Part shown: piece by piece, positions 1 to 10,815 of the stretch
Layout of the letters: each line of letters begins with the position of its first letter
How positions within the stretch are numbered: the stretch's first letter is position 1
Virus record (IMG/VR): IMGVR_UViG_3300022856_000003
DNA: 64,000 bases
Reading direction: 5' to 3' (one strand)
From: a virus
Position numbers and translations under genes: made by a program
Notes under the pieces: generated by a model
Databases searched by the model: none
Told to the model about the DNA's origin: nothing
Seen by the model: the letters and a program-made list of their open reading frames with translations, nothing else

Positions 1-137
1 GGTTCAGTACCCGGGTGAAGGTGTGAGGTTCTTCGGGCTCGAGGACCTAGCCAGCCGAGACTGGTGGAACGTCTCAGACCCGTCCTGATTGCGCTTCTGG
101 TTGTTCAGTGCTAGACTGTAGTCAGGAGATGCGCTGA

Positions 138-584
138 ATGTCATCAAAGCTGGAACGACTACGTCGTCTCAAAAAGCCGCAGAAATCTCCACAGGCGTTC
201 CCGATCGTCCGTAAGAAGTTCCCTGTTCCCGGTACCGACGGGCAGGGACCTCTACAGCCGGAACTTCTGTCTATCCAGCCCCTCTCCAAACCAGCAGCAC
301 TACTGGAGCTGTCTGAGAGCATCCAGAAGAAACGACGTGCGACCGGCAAGGTCATCGATGTGGATCTCTCTGAGTACGAGGGCAGACCTGATCAGAGATG
401 TGAGAACTGCCCTAACCAGGCTACTGCGTGGTTCCTGATCTACATGGACGACCAGGACATGGACTTCTTCTTCAACGATCAGCAGTACACAGGACCCCAC
501 CCGACTGCCTGTTGCACAGGTGCTTGTGCCAAAGAGTTCGGTGCCTGGGACGGAAGCAAGAAGGTTCGCGTCCGTCGCGTTTGA
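138..584 (+). CDS. Hypothetical protein with a gp23/MCP-like peptide (AFPIVRKKFP...ELLSIQPLSKP) and a Cys-rich C-terminal half
   Basis: AGGAG RBS at 125-129 and promoter at 89-117. CxxC and CCxxxC motifs in the C-terminal half. Confidence 0.7.
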   Translation: MSSKLERLRRLKKPQKSPQAFPIVRKKFPVPGTDGQGPLQPELLSIQPLSKPAALLELSESIQKKRRATGKVIDVDLSEYEGRPDQRCENCPNQATAWFLIYMDDQDMDFFFNDQQYTGPHPTACCTGACAKEFGAWDGSKKVRVRRV

Positions 585-1712
585 ACATTCAGCGAACCAG
601 TGTTACACTGTTCGCACAACGAAATCGATTTCGCCACGAGGTGTGGCTGAGAGGTTCTGGTGCCAGACCCCATTCAAGTACTTGCTGATCCCACCGACCC
701 GCACCGGATGACGGTCTCCGAGATGCTCGACATCATCCGCCAGGAAACGGCCGACGACCCGTCCTTCGTCGAGGAAGTGATTGAAGCGTCAAAGCAGTAC
801 GCGATCTACTGCAAGTGCGGCGGAATGCCCAACGAGGGTCGGAACAACCAGCCGTTCGACACCGAGGCCGAAGCTCAGTCCGAACTCGAGAAGATGCGCG
901 CCGTGTTCAACCCCCTGGGCTCAGGCTCCATCGCGTGCTCTCAGTGGGCTGGTGCGAAGGTCTTTCCGTACACCGGGGAGAAGTGGCGACCCGAACTCGC
1001 CGCCGCGGAAGAGGCTGAGTCCCGTGCTTAGCGTCAAAGGCTTCCGTGCAGGATGGGGCGGGTCCGCAGGCGGATCACTCTCCGGGTTCCAGCGTGTCGC
1101 CCGCTCACGAGGAGAACCGGAGCCGACCACTGTGACCGGTAAGAAGGGACAGGGTCGAGCTGACCGCCTCCGTGACTACACCGTTCACGTCGTCCGTACC
1201 TCAGACCAGGAGCGGCGGGAGATGACCATCGGACCTGGGTATCACTCGAAGAAGGTGTGGCAGCAGAAGCAGGAAGACGCTCAGAAGACGCTCATGCGTC
1301 AACTCGGTTGGAAGGGATGATCTTGGATATCGAAGCCGTCATGGTCTCCAGACTCATCGCGCACCTCGAGTCCATTCAAGGGACATTGACGGACGACGAG
1401 CAGGAGGAGGAAAACCTCGAACTGCTGGAACATCTCCAACATGTAGAGAGGCAAGCCGGATGAGTTCACCGCAGTTCGACATGGGCCACATGATGGGTCT
1501 GAATACCGGTCGAGATGAGGCTAGAACCCTTCTGACCGCCATAGCTCAGCCGACGATAGATCGCCTCGTCAAGGAGGCGAAGGACGGTGCGAGCGTACTC
1601 AAGGTGAACCGACTCGAATGGATGGTCGTCGCCTACAGCATGAGCCGTTCTCTCGAGCCGAGAGAACCAGAGCCGGGTGCCAACTTCTACGGAATCCCGC
1701 TGGAGATATCTG

Positions 1713-2645
1713 ATGATTGAAGCATTGCCACTGCCCGAAGGCTGGTACCAGGACGACGAGAAGAACAACCTCCCCGTCTACAAGTCGCTGAGCGGGACGA
1801 TCTTGCTCGCCCGACCCGATGGGACCTACGGATTCCGCCCGAAGGGTGTTCCGATGCGTATCGAGTGCCCCGGCGAGACGGCGCTTGAGATCATGACCAG
1901 GATCAACGCGAGCCTGCCCTTCGCTGGGCTCAAGTTCTACGTCGCCTCGGGTCTGACAAATCGAGTCCTGGCCAGGCGCATGATCCTACGACTCCAAGGC
2001 CAGGGTGCCCAGGTGACCTACGACTGGACCCAACATGGATCTGTCGCTACTGACGGGCCTGAACGCCTACAGGAGGTCGCTGACGCTGAGGTCCGGGGAG
2101 TGATGGAGGCTGACTTCGTCGTCATCGTCATGCCAGGTGGTCGAGGCACGCACACCGAACTCGGTGTGGCTCTCGGGACCGGGTCGAAGGTCTTCATGTG
2201 GCTTCCCAGCGACGACGCCCAAGACCATGAGAAGTGGCTCAACGACTTGGGAGTAGTCAAGTCGACAAGCGGCTACCCCTGCGTCTTTCACTACCACCCG
2301 CTCGTCGAGATCATCGCTGGAGAGAACGTAGGCCCCCTCATGTCCGCGATCGGTGAGTGGGCCGCTGAGGCTGACCGCTCGTCCGTCTGGCCAGTGGAAC
2401 TGTCGAAGCATCCTCGAGTGACCTTCCTCATCGGACCAGACGGACAGCGACCGTTCCCCTGGTACTGCGTGAAGACTCCGTCCTATCCCGGGTGGTTCGT
2501 CCAGACCAACCTTCCCCTCACTGATGTGGTCGAGTACGCCAAGAAGTCTCTCGCCCGTGACGTTGGCGCAGGCGTGACCCCTGACCGCGTCGGTGAACTC
2601 ATCAGCGGGACACACATGCACGTCATCCCGGTGTTCTATGTCTGA
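1713..2645 (+). CDS. Protein with a central nucleoside 2-deoxyribosyltransferase-like (NDT/DNPH1/MilB fold) domain
   Basis: KFYVASGL...VTYDWTQHG...EVRGVMEADFVVIVMPGGRGTHTELGVALG matches the family pattern, including the catalytic E in ELG. ATG at 1713 overlaps the upstream gene end. Confidence 0.7.
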   Translation: MIEALPLPEGWYQDDEKNNLPVYKSLSGTILLARPDGTYGFRPKGVPMRIECPGETALEIMTRINASLPFAGLKFYVASGLTNRVLARRMILRLQGQGAQVTYDWTQHGSVATDGPERLQEVADAEVRGVMEADFVVIVMPGGRGTHTELGVALGTGSKVFMWLPSDDAQDHEKWLNDLGVVKSTSGYPCVFHYHPLVEIIAGENVGPLMSAIGEWAAEADRSSVWPVELSKHPRVTFLIGPDGQRPFPWYCVKTPSYPGWFVQTNLPLTDVVEYAKKSLARDVGAGVTPDRVGELISGTHMHVIPVFYV

Positions 2646-5600
2646 GCCAGAAGAACGCAACGTCCAGATCAATCGACTCGACAAGAAGCTCAAGGCGTAT
2701 GGGTTCGCCACCTGGATGCACTGGGTTCCTGAGACGTTCACTATTCGATTGGCGATCCGCCTAAAGGAAAGCAGTGTCAGGATCGACGAAGCCCGCGTCC
2801 TCCATCTCACCGACGAGCAGATCGATGGATGGGCGGCGAATCTGGCTGTCGCCTTGTCGCCGCTTCGACTTCCAGCCCCGACGCTGGAAGGAGAAACGAA
2901 GCCATGACCCCAACCGTCTGGACAAATGGCCGTGAAGGTCAGCCCGAAGAAGATGTCGAGTTCATCTACCTCGCATACAAGTCTGGTGATAGGAGGAAGA
3001 CCCTCATCGTCGCCCCGGTCCATGATTCCCACCCAGACACCAGCGTCCTTTTGCGTTCCCTGATGCACTACGCAAAGGGGAAGGGTAATAAGTTCAAGTG
3101 GTGGTGGGCTCCCTTAGATTCCCCAACCCACCTCCCTGGTGAAGATCCACCGGAAGAAACATGACCCCCATCGAAACCATCGCAGCAGCTCTGATCGTCG
3201 TAGGACTTGACCCTGATCTGGAGATCTATGGCATCCAGCATCAACCAGGAGAAGGTCCTCCCTTCCTTGCCTACTGTGTGAACACACACGAACGGCGAGG
3301 AGAGACGCCCCGGCTCGCTGCCGACCTCTTCGCGGCTGAGCCCATCGTGTCGACGACCCCGTGGAAGGCATGGACCGACGATGATGATGCTCGTCATGGG
3401 TTCACGAGGAAGTGGAAGGGCGTCCGTATCCGTGTCATCCAGGGAGCTGTCTACGACGCCACCGAACCAGGCGACGAGGATCAGTTCGACTGGAACGTCC
3501 GCTACTACCTCCACGCCGACAGTGAGCTGACCCTGGCTCACAAGTTGGACCTGCCACGCATGACCATCGATCAGGTGCAGATGGGTGCCTCGTCCTTCGG
3601 TAACAAGGTCATCGTCGGAATCCAGAACCAACAGAAGAAGGCTCTCCGTTCTCGAGCTGAGAGCCAGATGGCTACGATGCGTGCCGCTGGACAAATGCCA
3701 GAAGGTGAGCACTAGATGGAGAGATTCATCTATCGAGTGCGTCGGGCGATATACAGGTTCGCGTTCGACTACATCAAGCCAGATCCACCCATCCTTCAGG
3801 TGAAGCCAGAGGTGGGCGATACCCGCTTCGCTGAGGCCAAGTTCACTGGCGAGTACAGGGGATCGGTGAAGATGCCGAAGAGGACGAAGCTCGTAGACAC
3901 CTCTGCATTTGCCTTGGTGATGGCGAGCAACTGGATGGTCCTCCGAGCTGAGGACCAGGGCATGAGCGGTGTCCTCTTGTCCGAGGCGTTCGAGTACACG
4001 ATCAAGTACGAGATCGACTACAGACCCATCAACCCTATGTCGACCGGGCTCCAGCCGATGGACCCCGCAGGCATCCGCCAACTCATCGTCAGTATGCTGG
4101 AAGCCGCCCAGGCTGAGCCCGATGTCGAAGAGGAGGAGAGTGAGCCTGCCACTGTGATCCAGCTCTTTGGAATCCCCGGAGGAAAGACAGATTTCCCTGA
4201 CCCACTCGACCCGATCGACCCTGACCCGCTCGACACTTGGCAGGAAGACAGACCATGAGCCGCACACCATCGATTCCTACGCTGACAACGATCGAGTGGG
4301 GCGAGTCCCCGCTCTCATTCAAGATGACCATCCAGAAGATGCCATTCGGGAAGAATCCGTGGCATTGGAAGGTGTGGTCCACCGCTGACGGTGAGGACAA
4401 GCTCTTGATCAAGCGGAAGGCCGCGACCGAAGACAAGGCTCTCGCTGAGGCTGAGGACTACGTCGAGAACGACTTGAGTGTCCGCATTCAGTTGGCGGCG
4501 AAGATGTCGGAGTTGAAGGCCACGGAGAAGATCGAGCAGATGCGATCCGTTGAGGCTGACCTCGCCGCCGCGAACTCACCCGTCTGATGATGAACGTCCG
4601 GTTCTGCATGGGCGACCAGATCGGCCCGCCGCCTCCTGGCGGCTACAAGCTGATGCTCAATTCATCGAAGAACTGGGTGCAGATCGACGTGTACGAGTGG
4701 TGGATGCTCAAAGGTCCTGTTCATCGAGCCAAGAGGGCCATTGAAGGTGCTGAGACGCTCGAGGAAGTTCGGATAGGGCTTGAGATGTCAGGTGCAGAGA
4801 AGTGGGAAGGGCCGATGCCATGAATGACGTGGAGAGCAGACGAAATCGATTGCGCGAGATTCTCGAAGCTCGTGGAGACCTCTCCTGTTTGGCTGTGGAC
4901 ACAGTTGACTCGATCATGGCCGACCTAGATGAGTTTCTAATCAGGGACGTGATTGTCCAGATGCACATCCCCACGTCGCAGCTAGGCCCCAGGATCGTCT
5001 GGTGGTTGCTCGTCATCGAGACTCAACTCGGAGGCAAGCCCATCGTCCGCAACCGCGTGGTGACTGGTGATCCGATCGCGGCCTATATCGAGTACTGCGA
5101 GACTCACAGGGGAGCACATTCACTTCGGAACACGGTGCAGCTCACCGAAGACCAGGCCGCGACCTGGAATGAGAAGTTCCCGCCGTCCGATTGATTGACC
5201 CAACGCTCGACCACTGTTACACTGTGGTCACCTGCTGATCCCCTTCAAGGTGAAGGACCTCTGATGCCACTACAGCGAGATACCGTTTCCAGACGCGACC
5301 AAATCGAAATGGCCGAAAAGGTTCGTCGATTCATCGAGACCGAGCTGGGCGTAGGCGATCCAGCGGTGGAAGCCAACGTGCTCACTATCGCTCTGACGAC
5401 ATGCTCTGACGATCTGCTCGAAGTTGAGGCGACATGCGGTCGCGGGTCTGACGACCATCGGCTTGCCTCTCAGATCAGTCAGAAGGTCAGTGCGCTCCCT
5501 CTCAGGGATGCGACCTGATGATCACGAAGCTCAAGACTCATTCGCTCGCACTCATCCTCGCTCTGCCATTCGGTGCAGCGGCGGTTCACGCTGTCGCTCA

Positions 5601-5982
5601 TGTAGGCGCGGCCCTGTTTGGTGTGCCCTGTCCGTGAGTGGTTCGCCCATAGTCTTTACGGACCCTTTTGAGTTCCGTGTCATCGTCGTGGTTGACCCTT
5701 TTTCTCACTGGCAGATCCCTATTGGTCTGATCTGGAGGTTCACGTCGAGTAAGCAGGTTTCCATCATCAAGGTGGATGCCCTTCCAACGACCTACCCGAA
5801 CGCAGGCGAAGTTCGATTCATTCGTTCTTGCAGAGACAACCTCAATTGGACATGCGGTTTCGACGAGAGGCCAAATTCTCTCGGTCCATATGTGATCGTC
5901 AAAGACAAGGTCGTCATTGACTCGTGGGCTGCTGATTCGCCCGAATCCTGGATGAAGAAGGCGGTATTCAAGGGGCTCGCCC

Positions 5983-6603
5983 ATGAGTGAACCAACCCAG
6001 ATCCTCGTTCCATGGTCAGGTGGAGCCGACTCGACTCTCGCGCTGATGCTCGCCCTGGCGAAGTATCCGAAGATCACTCGGGCCATGGTTGTCGATTGTA
6101 CGAACTTCCCGAGGAAGCAATTCAAGGGAGAGGCCAGAGCCAGGCTTCACGCACATGCCTTCCTGGTGTCGAAGTTCGAGCTACCGAAGCACTGGCTATT
6201 CACTGTGAAGCTCGATTACCCCGCGCTCGACATGGGTAGCTGGAGTGTTGGGCAGGCCGTTGCGCTTCATCAAGCCGCCTCGATGGCCGTGAAAGACGGT
6301 GGTGAGATCTGGTGGGGCAGCATCCGAAGCGATGACTTCTGGACCTACTACGACAGGTACGCGAACCTCCACACTGCCCTCAAGGGAGTGATGGACAAGG
6401 ATTACAAGAACTTCTTCCCTTTGATGCACAAGAAGAAGTTTGAGGTCCTCGACGACCTCAAAGCGTTCGGAGTCACCGAGAAGATGCGGTGGTCCTGTTC
6501 TCAGAACTCGACACGACCTTGTCAAAAGTGTGACTCCTGCATCACTGAGGCCCTTGCCCACGTTGAGCGAGACCTGACCCCGAAAGGTGGCGTGAAGCCA
6601 TGA
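5983..6603 (+). CDS. queC: QueC-like PP-loop ATPase (7-cyano-7-deazaguanine synthase family)
   Basis: N-terminal WSGGADST PP-loop and C-terminal SC-x7-CQKCDSC zinc motif. Confidence 0.75.
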   Translation: MSEPTQILVPWSGGADSTLALMLALAKYPKITRAMVVDCTNFPRKQFKGEARARLHAHAFLVSKFELPKHWLFTVKLDYPALDMGSWSVGQAVALHQAASMAVKDGGEIWWGSIRSDDFWTYYDRYANLHTALKGVMDKDYKNFFPLMHKKKFEVLDDLKAFGVTEKMRWSCSQNSTRPCQKCDSCITEALAHVERDLTPKGGVKP

Positions 6604-7535
6604 TCGAACACTCGATGACAGTCATAGGTCCAGATGCCCCACCATCCGACCATGAGTGGGAGATACTCGGCCACCGTCGCGCCCGACTCCACTCGTCACA
6701 GCAAGGCTATCCAGTCGACGCCTACAACGATGTCCCGTTCAAGGACATCCCAGGCATGGTCATGAGCACGAACGTCCTGTCCGTGATTCGCTGCATCGAG
6801 GCGGATCGAGACAAGGAGATCAGGACACACATCACTATCGTCCACGGTGATGACGACGACGACTGGGTGGCCGAGCTGATGGAATACTGGTCTGACCGCG
6901 ACCTCGACGCCGTCGATAAGTTCCTCTGCGGTCCTGACCAGGGCATGAGTTCCGCTGCTCTCATCGCTGCCGTTTGTGGAAGGGTCAGTCCTGAGAACAA
7001 GTTGAAGTACAACGGCTACCTGCGTCCTGAATCAGCTCGTCGCGTCCCGGTCGACGCCGACTCGTTCCGCCGATGTAGTCTGGCTCTCGCTGCCCTCAAG
7101 GAGTGTGGATTGCTCCTGGCAGACCTTCGCGATGTCCTGTCGTCCAGGTGGTCTCCCATCATCACCAGATGGGCAGAACTGGAGCTGTTACTTCGCGAGG
7201 ATAACGCCACAAGAATGAACGAGATCCTCGACGACCGCGACGGTACTCATGTCGTGATCGACACAGGTGAAGGAGCGGATGGCTGGACGGCTAGCGTCGA
7301 TCCCAAGGGCATGGCCGACATGCTCTCTGAGCAATTAGGATTCCCAGTCACCGCCGACATCATCATCAATGTGGCAGAACAAGAAGGACACACCGCTGTG
7401 GACTACCTCGCACACGTTGTTCCCTGTGCCTGCTGTAGCGAGAGATTCTGCAACATCCACCTCGAGCACTGGGCCGATTGCCCGTGTCCCGGACCACATG
7501 GAGACGACGATGGCCACGAAGCCGAAGACGCCTGA
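6600..7535 (+). CDS. Hypothetical phage protein (GMSS...PVDADSFRRC...W..I...W.EL pattern) with a C-terminal Cys/His cluster
   Basis: Long ORF with ATGA overlap. The motif pattern is one I recall from uncharacterised phage proteins. Confidence 0.55.
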   Translation: MIEHSMTVIGPDAPPSDHEWEILGHRRARLHSSQQGYPVDAYNDVPFKDIPGMVMSTNVLSVIRCIEADRDKEIRTHITIVHGDDDDDWVAELMEYWSDRDLDAVDKFLCGPDQGMSSAALIAAVCGRVSPENKLKYNGYLRPESARRVPVDADSFRRCSLALAALKECGLLLADLRDVLSSRWSPIITRWAELELLLREDNATRMNEILDDRDGTHVVIDTGEGADGWTASVDPKGMADMLSEQLGFPVTADIIINVAEQEGHTAVDYLAHVVPCACCSERFCNIHLEHWADCPCPGPHGDDDGHEAEDA

Positions 7536-7743
7536 CCTGCCTGCCTGCTGCATCCCCTCTGATGGGGCCAGTCGCGCCGAGATCCTCTACTGCGCCTACA
7601 ACGAGGGAGGACCCGCAGAGCGGGCTGGACTCGCGTGGAATGGTCTTCCGTGTCCGACGTGGGCCGACCTCGAACTGCGGGCTTCATCTGGTGATGATGG
7701 TGCGTTTGGCGTCGTCGACAAGTGGAACTACGTCGCTCTCAAG

Positions 7744-7776
7744 TAATCCACAGACCTATCCACAGCCTGTGGACAA
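7744..7776. promoter_or_regulatory. Three clustered DnaA-box-like 9-mers
   Basis: TAATCCACA 7744-7752, CTATCCACA 7756-7764 and TGTGGACAA 7768-7776 (= TTGTCCACA on the - strand). Each is one mismatch from TTATCCACA. Confidence 0.5.
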
Positions 7777-8042
7777 AGGAATCCGATGCTCAAAACTCAA
7801 GCTGCGATCTTCGACATGACCTACCGGACGTTCCGACAGTGAAGCTGCTCATCACCTTCAAGTTCGGCGACGACGACACGCTCCAGTGCTGGTTCGATGT
7901 GCGTAACCGCGAGCACGCCTTCAAGGCGCTCAAGCTCAAGCAGGACAACGGGAACATCATCCTGCACGCTGAACTGTGCAACGACGGGTCACCGATTGAC
8001 CCATTGGCAGACTTCACCGTCTGGAAAAGGAGGTAGAGCAAG

Positions 8043-8423
8043 ATGAAAGCCCGACTCAGTCTGTCGATCTCTGACGACGCCCACGATTCACTCCAAGGCA
8101 TGGCCAAGGAGTACGGCCTCAACCGATCACAGGCAGCGGAGCTGTGTATCAGTGCCTTCCTCCTTGACCGAGGTGGCCTGACACCCGATCAGACGAAACG
8201 ACTGGAGGGCATCGTCGAAGGCCACCTCCGAGGTCGACCGATGCCTCTTCGATCGGAGCAACCGCACAGGAAACTCGAGTGCGGCGTATCGAAGGTGATG
8301 TCGTCACCGACAACAGAAGCGCCTGACATGCATGAGATCACCTACTGGTGCCACGGAAGCTGCGGCCGTCACGGCCAGTGCATGTACCGAGGTATCAACC
8401 CGATGAAGGAAGCTGGCTGTTGA
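8043..8423 (+). CDS. Putative ribbon-helix-helix (CopG-like) DNA-binding protein
   Basis: MKARLSLSISDDAHDSLQGMAKEYGLNRSQAAELCI shows an alternating beta ribbon plus helix-G-x-N/S-R-S-helix. Confidence 0.6.
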   Translation: MKARLSLSISDDAHDSLQGMAKEYGLNRSQAAELCISAFLLDRGGLTPDQTKRLEGIVEGHLRGRPMPLRSEQPHRKLECGVSKVMSSPTTEAPDMHEITYWCHGSCGRHGQCMYRGINPMKEAGC

Positions 8424-8574
8424 CCGTCATCTGTCCTAAGTGCTCCCGGAGGGTGAAATCCCGTGTTCCTCGCGGAGGTGATGGGAGTGCTGTTGTGCCC
8501 GTATGGCACAAGTCGAACGGCGAACCATGCCTTGGGCGATTCCGTACCGTGCCCTGGGGCGACCTGGAGGATGA

Positions 8575-8880
8575 GTGACCGTCGACCACCTCTACATCCT
8601 CCAGATGGCCGTCACAGGCGACCTCAAGGTTGGTCGAAGCAAGAAGCCGTTCGCTCGCATGAAGCAGCTCCAGACAGGTGCGCCGCATCGTCTCAAGCTG
8701 CTGGTCGTAGCTCGCTACCAGGGTCACCGTGAATCTCGAGTTCACGACCGCATGGCGAAGTTCCGCCTAAGTGGAGGTAGTGAGTGGTTCAGCGTCGATG
8801 CGTTCGGCTCCATCCCCGACAACGTGGTGGAGCTGATGCCACCAGAAGTCATGGAAGACCCCGACTGGTGGAAGACGTGA
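8575..8880 (+). CDS. GIY-YIG nuclease, T5orf172/MUG113 family
   Basis: LYILQ...LKVGRSKKPFARMKQLQTGAP...ESRVH...SEWF. Confidence 0.8.
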   Translation: MTVDHLYILQMAVTGDLKVGRSKKPFARMKQLQTGAPHRLKLLVVARYQGHRESRVHDRMAKFRLSGGSEWFSVDAFGSIPDNVVELMPPEVMEDPDWWKT

Positions 8881-9372
8881 GCGAAACATTCCTCTTGTGC
8901 AAGAAATGGCGTGGCGCAATCAACGTCGCATCCATGCGTAGCTTCGGTAGCCGCGCCGAGCTTGAAACCCACCTCCGTTCAGACGGTCAGGCAGGGGGCT
9001 GGACCGAAAGATGGTTCCTCGTCTACAGGACATTCAGCGACAAGCCGCCAGAACGCCTGCTTGCGAAGGAGAAGAGAGAGATTGGGTTCGAGGTCTGACT
9101 CTGCACCATTGAGGCGAAACCCGCCCACACACACGTCCCTGATGCCCCCTCTGCGGCTCGGGACAGTTCTACGCACACTTACGACCCCTCGACCTTGAAG
9201 CTCTCTACGGGCCTCTGACGGGCTCCTGTGTCTATAGATGAACCGACAAGAGACCCTGGTGTTACCCTCAACGAAATCGATTTCGTCGGATCGACTCGGA
9301 TTGAATCCCTGAACAACTCAGATTAGAATAAGTATTAACAACGACGAACCACGAACCACATGGAGTTCACAC

Positions 9373-10239
9373 ATGCGACGACTGCTCATCGGCCTTCCTC
9401 TCTTGGCATCCCTGCTCTTCACAGGTTGCGATCTCGCCAGCGGATCGCTCGACGAACCGATTGGGCCTGATGCCTCCTACGTCGAGGATGACCCGAGCGC
9501 GGACAACGATGGTGACGGCTGGGCCGCTCGTTGGGACTGCGACGACGGCAACGAGGACATCAATCCAGACGCCTCCGACACGGTGGGCGATGGTGTCGAC
9601 CGCAACTGCGACGGCGTGGACGGCGTGGACTTCGACCTCGACGGTTGGGCTGGTGAACCCAGTGGCGGCCAGGACTGCAACGACGACGATCCGAACGTCA
9701 ACCCAGACGCCCTCGAGATTCCATATGACCAGATCGACAACAACTGCGACGGCGAAGATGCGAACGGCATCACGACCTGCGACTCGGTACCGACCCCCAC
9801 CGGCAACGACATCGGCGACGTGACCGAGGACTTCCTTCTACGAGACAGTCAGAACAACCCGATCATCCTCAGCGACTACTGCGGTATGGCCGTCGTCCTG
9901 GCCTCCGTCGCTCGATGGGAGCCGAACAGCCACGACCTCGCACCAGTGCTACAGGACTTCTACGAGGAGTACCGCGAACAGGGACTCATGGTCATCACGA
10001 TGGTCGGCGAAGGCGTCATGTTCGGCGGCGACTCTGCGACTCCCGACGACCTGGACTGGTGGACCAGCGAGTACGACATCACCCACCCTGTCGTGGGCGA
10101 CCCAGACTGGGAGATCTCTGACCGTTGGGAAGAGGATTTCTACCTCCCGTCCTTCATCCTCATCGCCCCGGGCATGCGGTTGGTGGCGAGGGACCTTCTG
10201 ACCGTGACCGAGGACGACATCCTCTCGATCCTCCCCTAA
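9373..10239 (+). CDS. Lipoprotein with MopE-related metal-binding repeats and a C-terminal redoxin (TlpA/AhpC-like) fold lacking CxxC
   Basis: Lipobox LLFTG-C. Two DCxDxxxxxNPxAxxxxxDxxDxNCDG repeats. DFLLRDSQNNPIILSDYCGMAVVL...ARWEPNS...LPSFILIAPGMRLV. Confidence 0.75.
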   Translation: MRRLLIGLPLLASLLFTGCDLASGSLDEPIGPDASYVEDDPSADNDGDGWAARWDCDDGNEDINPDASDTVGDGVDRNCDGVDGVDFDLDGWAGEPSGGQDCNDDDPNVNPDALEIPYDQIDNNCDGEDANGITTCDSVPTPTGNDIGDVTEDFLLRDSQNNPIILSDYCGMAVVLASVARWEPNSHDLAPVLQDFYEEYREQGLMVITMVGEGVMFGGDSATPDDLDWWTSEYDITHPVVGDPDWEISDRWEEDFYLPSFILIAPGMRLVARDLLTVTEDDILSILP

Positions 10240-10283
10240 GAAATCTACCCTCCCTGGTTGACATCCACAGCCAGGGAGGTAGA

Positions 10284-10815
10284 GTGTTCTCACTTCGAGG
10301 GGGAACACCCCAAAAGGTACCCGCAGCCGCAAGGCGAGACTGACGAAATCGATTTCACTTCGGTGAGAAAGACTAGAAGGAAGGTGCCAGGGAGGGAGCC
10401 CAGAGCGCCCCTTGAAGTAGTTGACCGACCCTCAAAGTCGCAGCCACCAGGAAGCCTTCGCGGGAATCCCAGGTGCTCGGAAGGGGAAGGGACAACAGCC
10501 CGAAGGCGAAAGCCGGAAGGTGCCGACCCTCCACTGGGAGCGCCGCAAGGCGATGTGGAACAGGCAGGACCAGCAAAGCTCTCGAGTTGAGCCATTCCGA
10601 CAACACCCTCGTCACCCGCTTCGGCAGGTCACGGGGGTGAAGTCGTTGTGCTTAACATCACCGACTGCTAGTATGTGCTTGCCAGCCAACAGCGGACAAG
10701 GCTTTGGCCCGTGAGTGCGCGTCCTGGGCGTGGGAGGGGAGACCCGCTTTACCACCGATGGATGCCTGCAAACCGGGGTGGGTAGCGAGTGGCTGACCAT
10801 GGCTGGCCTTGACCC
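10284..10815 (+). ncRNA. Candidate large structured non-coding RNA (~530 nt)
   Basis: Own promoter (10258-10285) and no credible ORF. Tetraloop hairpins: GCC-GCAA-GGC 10326, TCAC-TTCG-GTGA 10355, GGC-GAAA-GCC 10505, CGCC-GCAA-GGCG 10541, a long cUUCGg hairpin at 10604-10639, GGG-GAGA-CCC 10736. Confidence 0.65.

Noticed and set aside
4036-4075. STGLQPMDPAG in 3716..4258 as another capsid VQPM fragment (also KSKVAMPLL in 48570..49094)
   Set aside because: Too short, with no flanking support, so it could be chance.
10195-10239. Lipoprotein end TEDDILSILP as a member of the C-terminal tag family
   Set aside because: It probably corresponds to the native last helix of the thioredoxin fold, and the protein is exported, so it was not counted.
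10284-10815. RNase P RNA, tmRNA or a self-splicing intron
   Set aside because: I could not find the diagnostic conserved sequences, and the region does not interrupt a gene.
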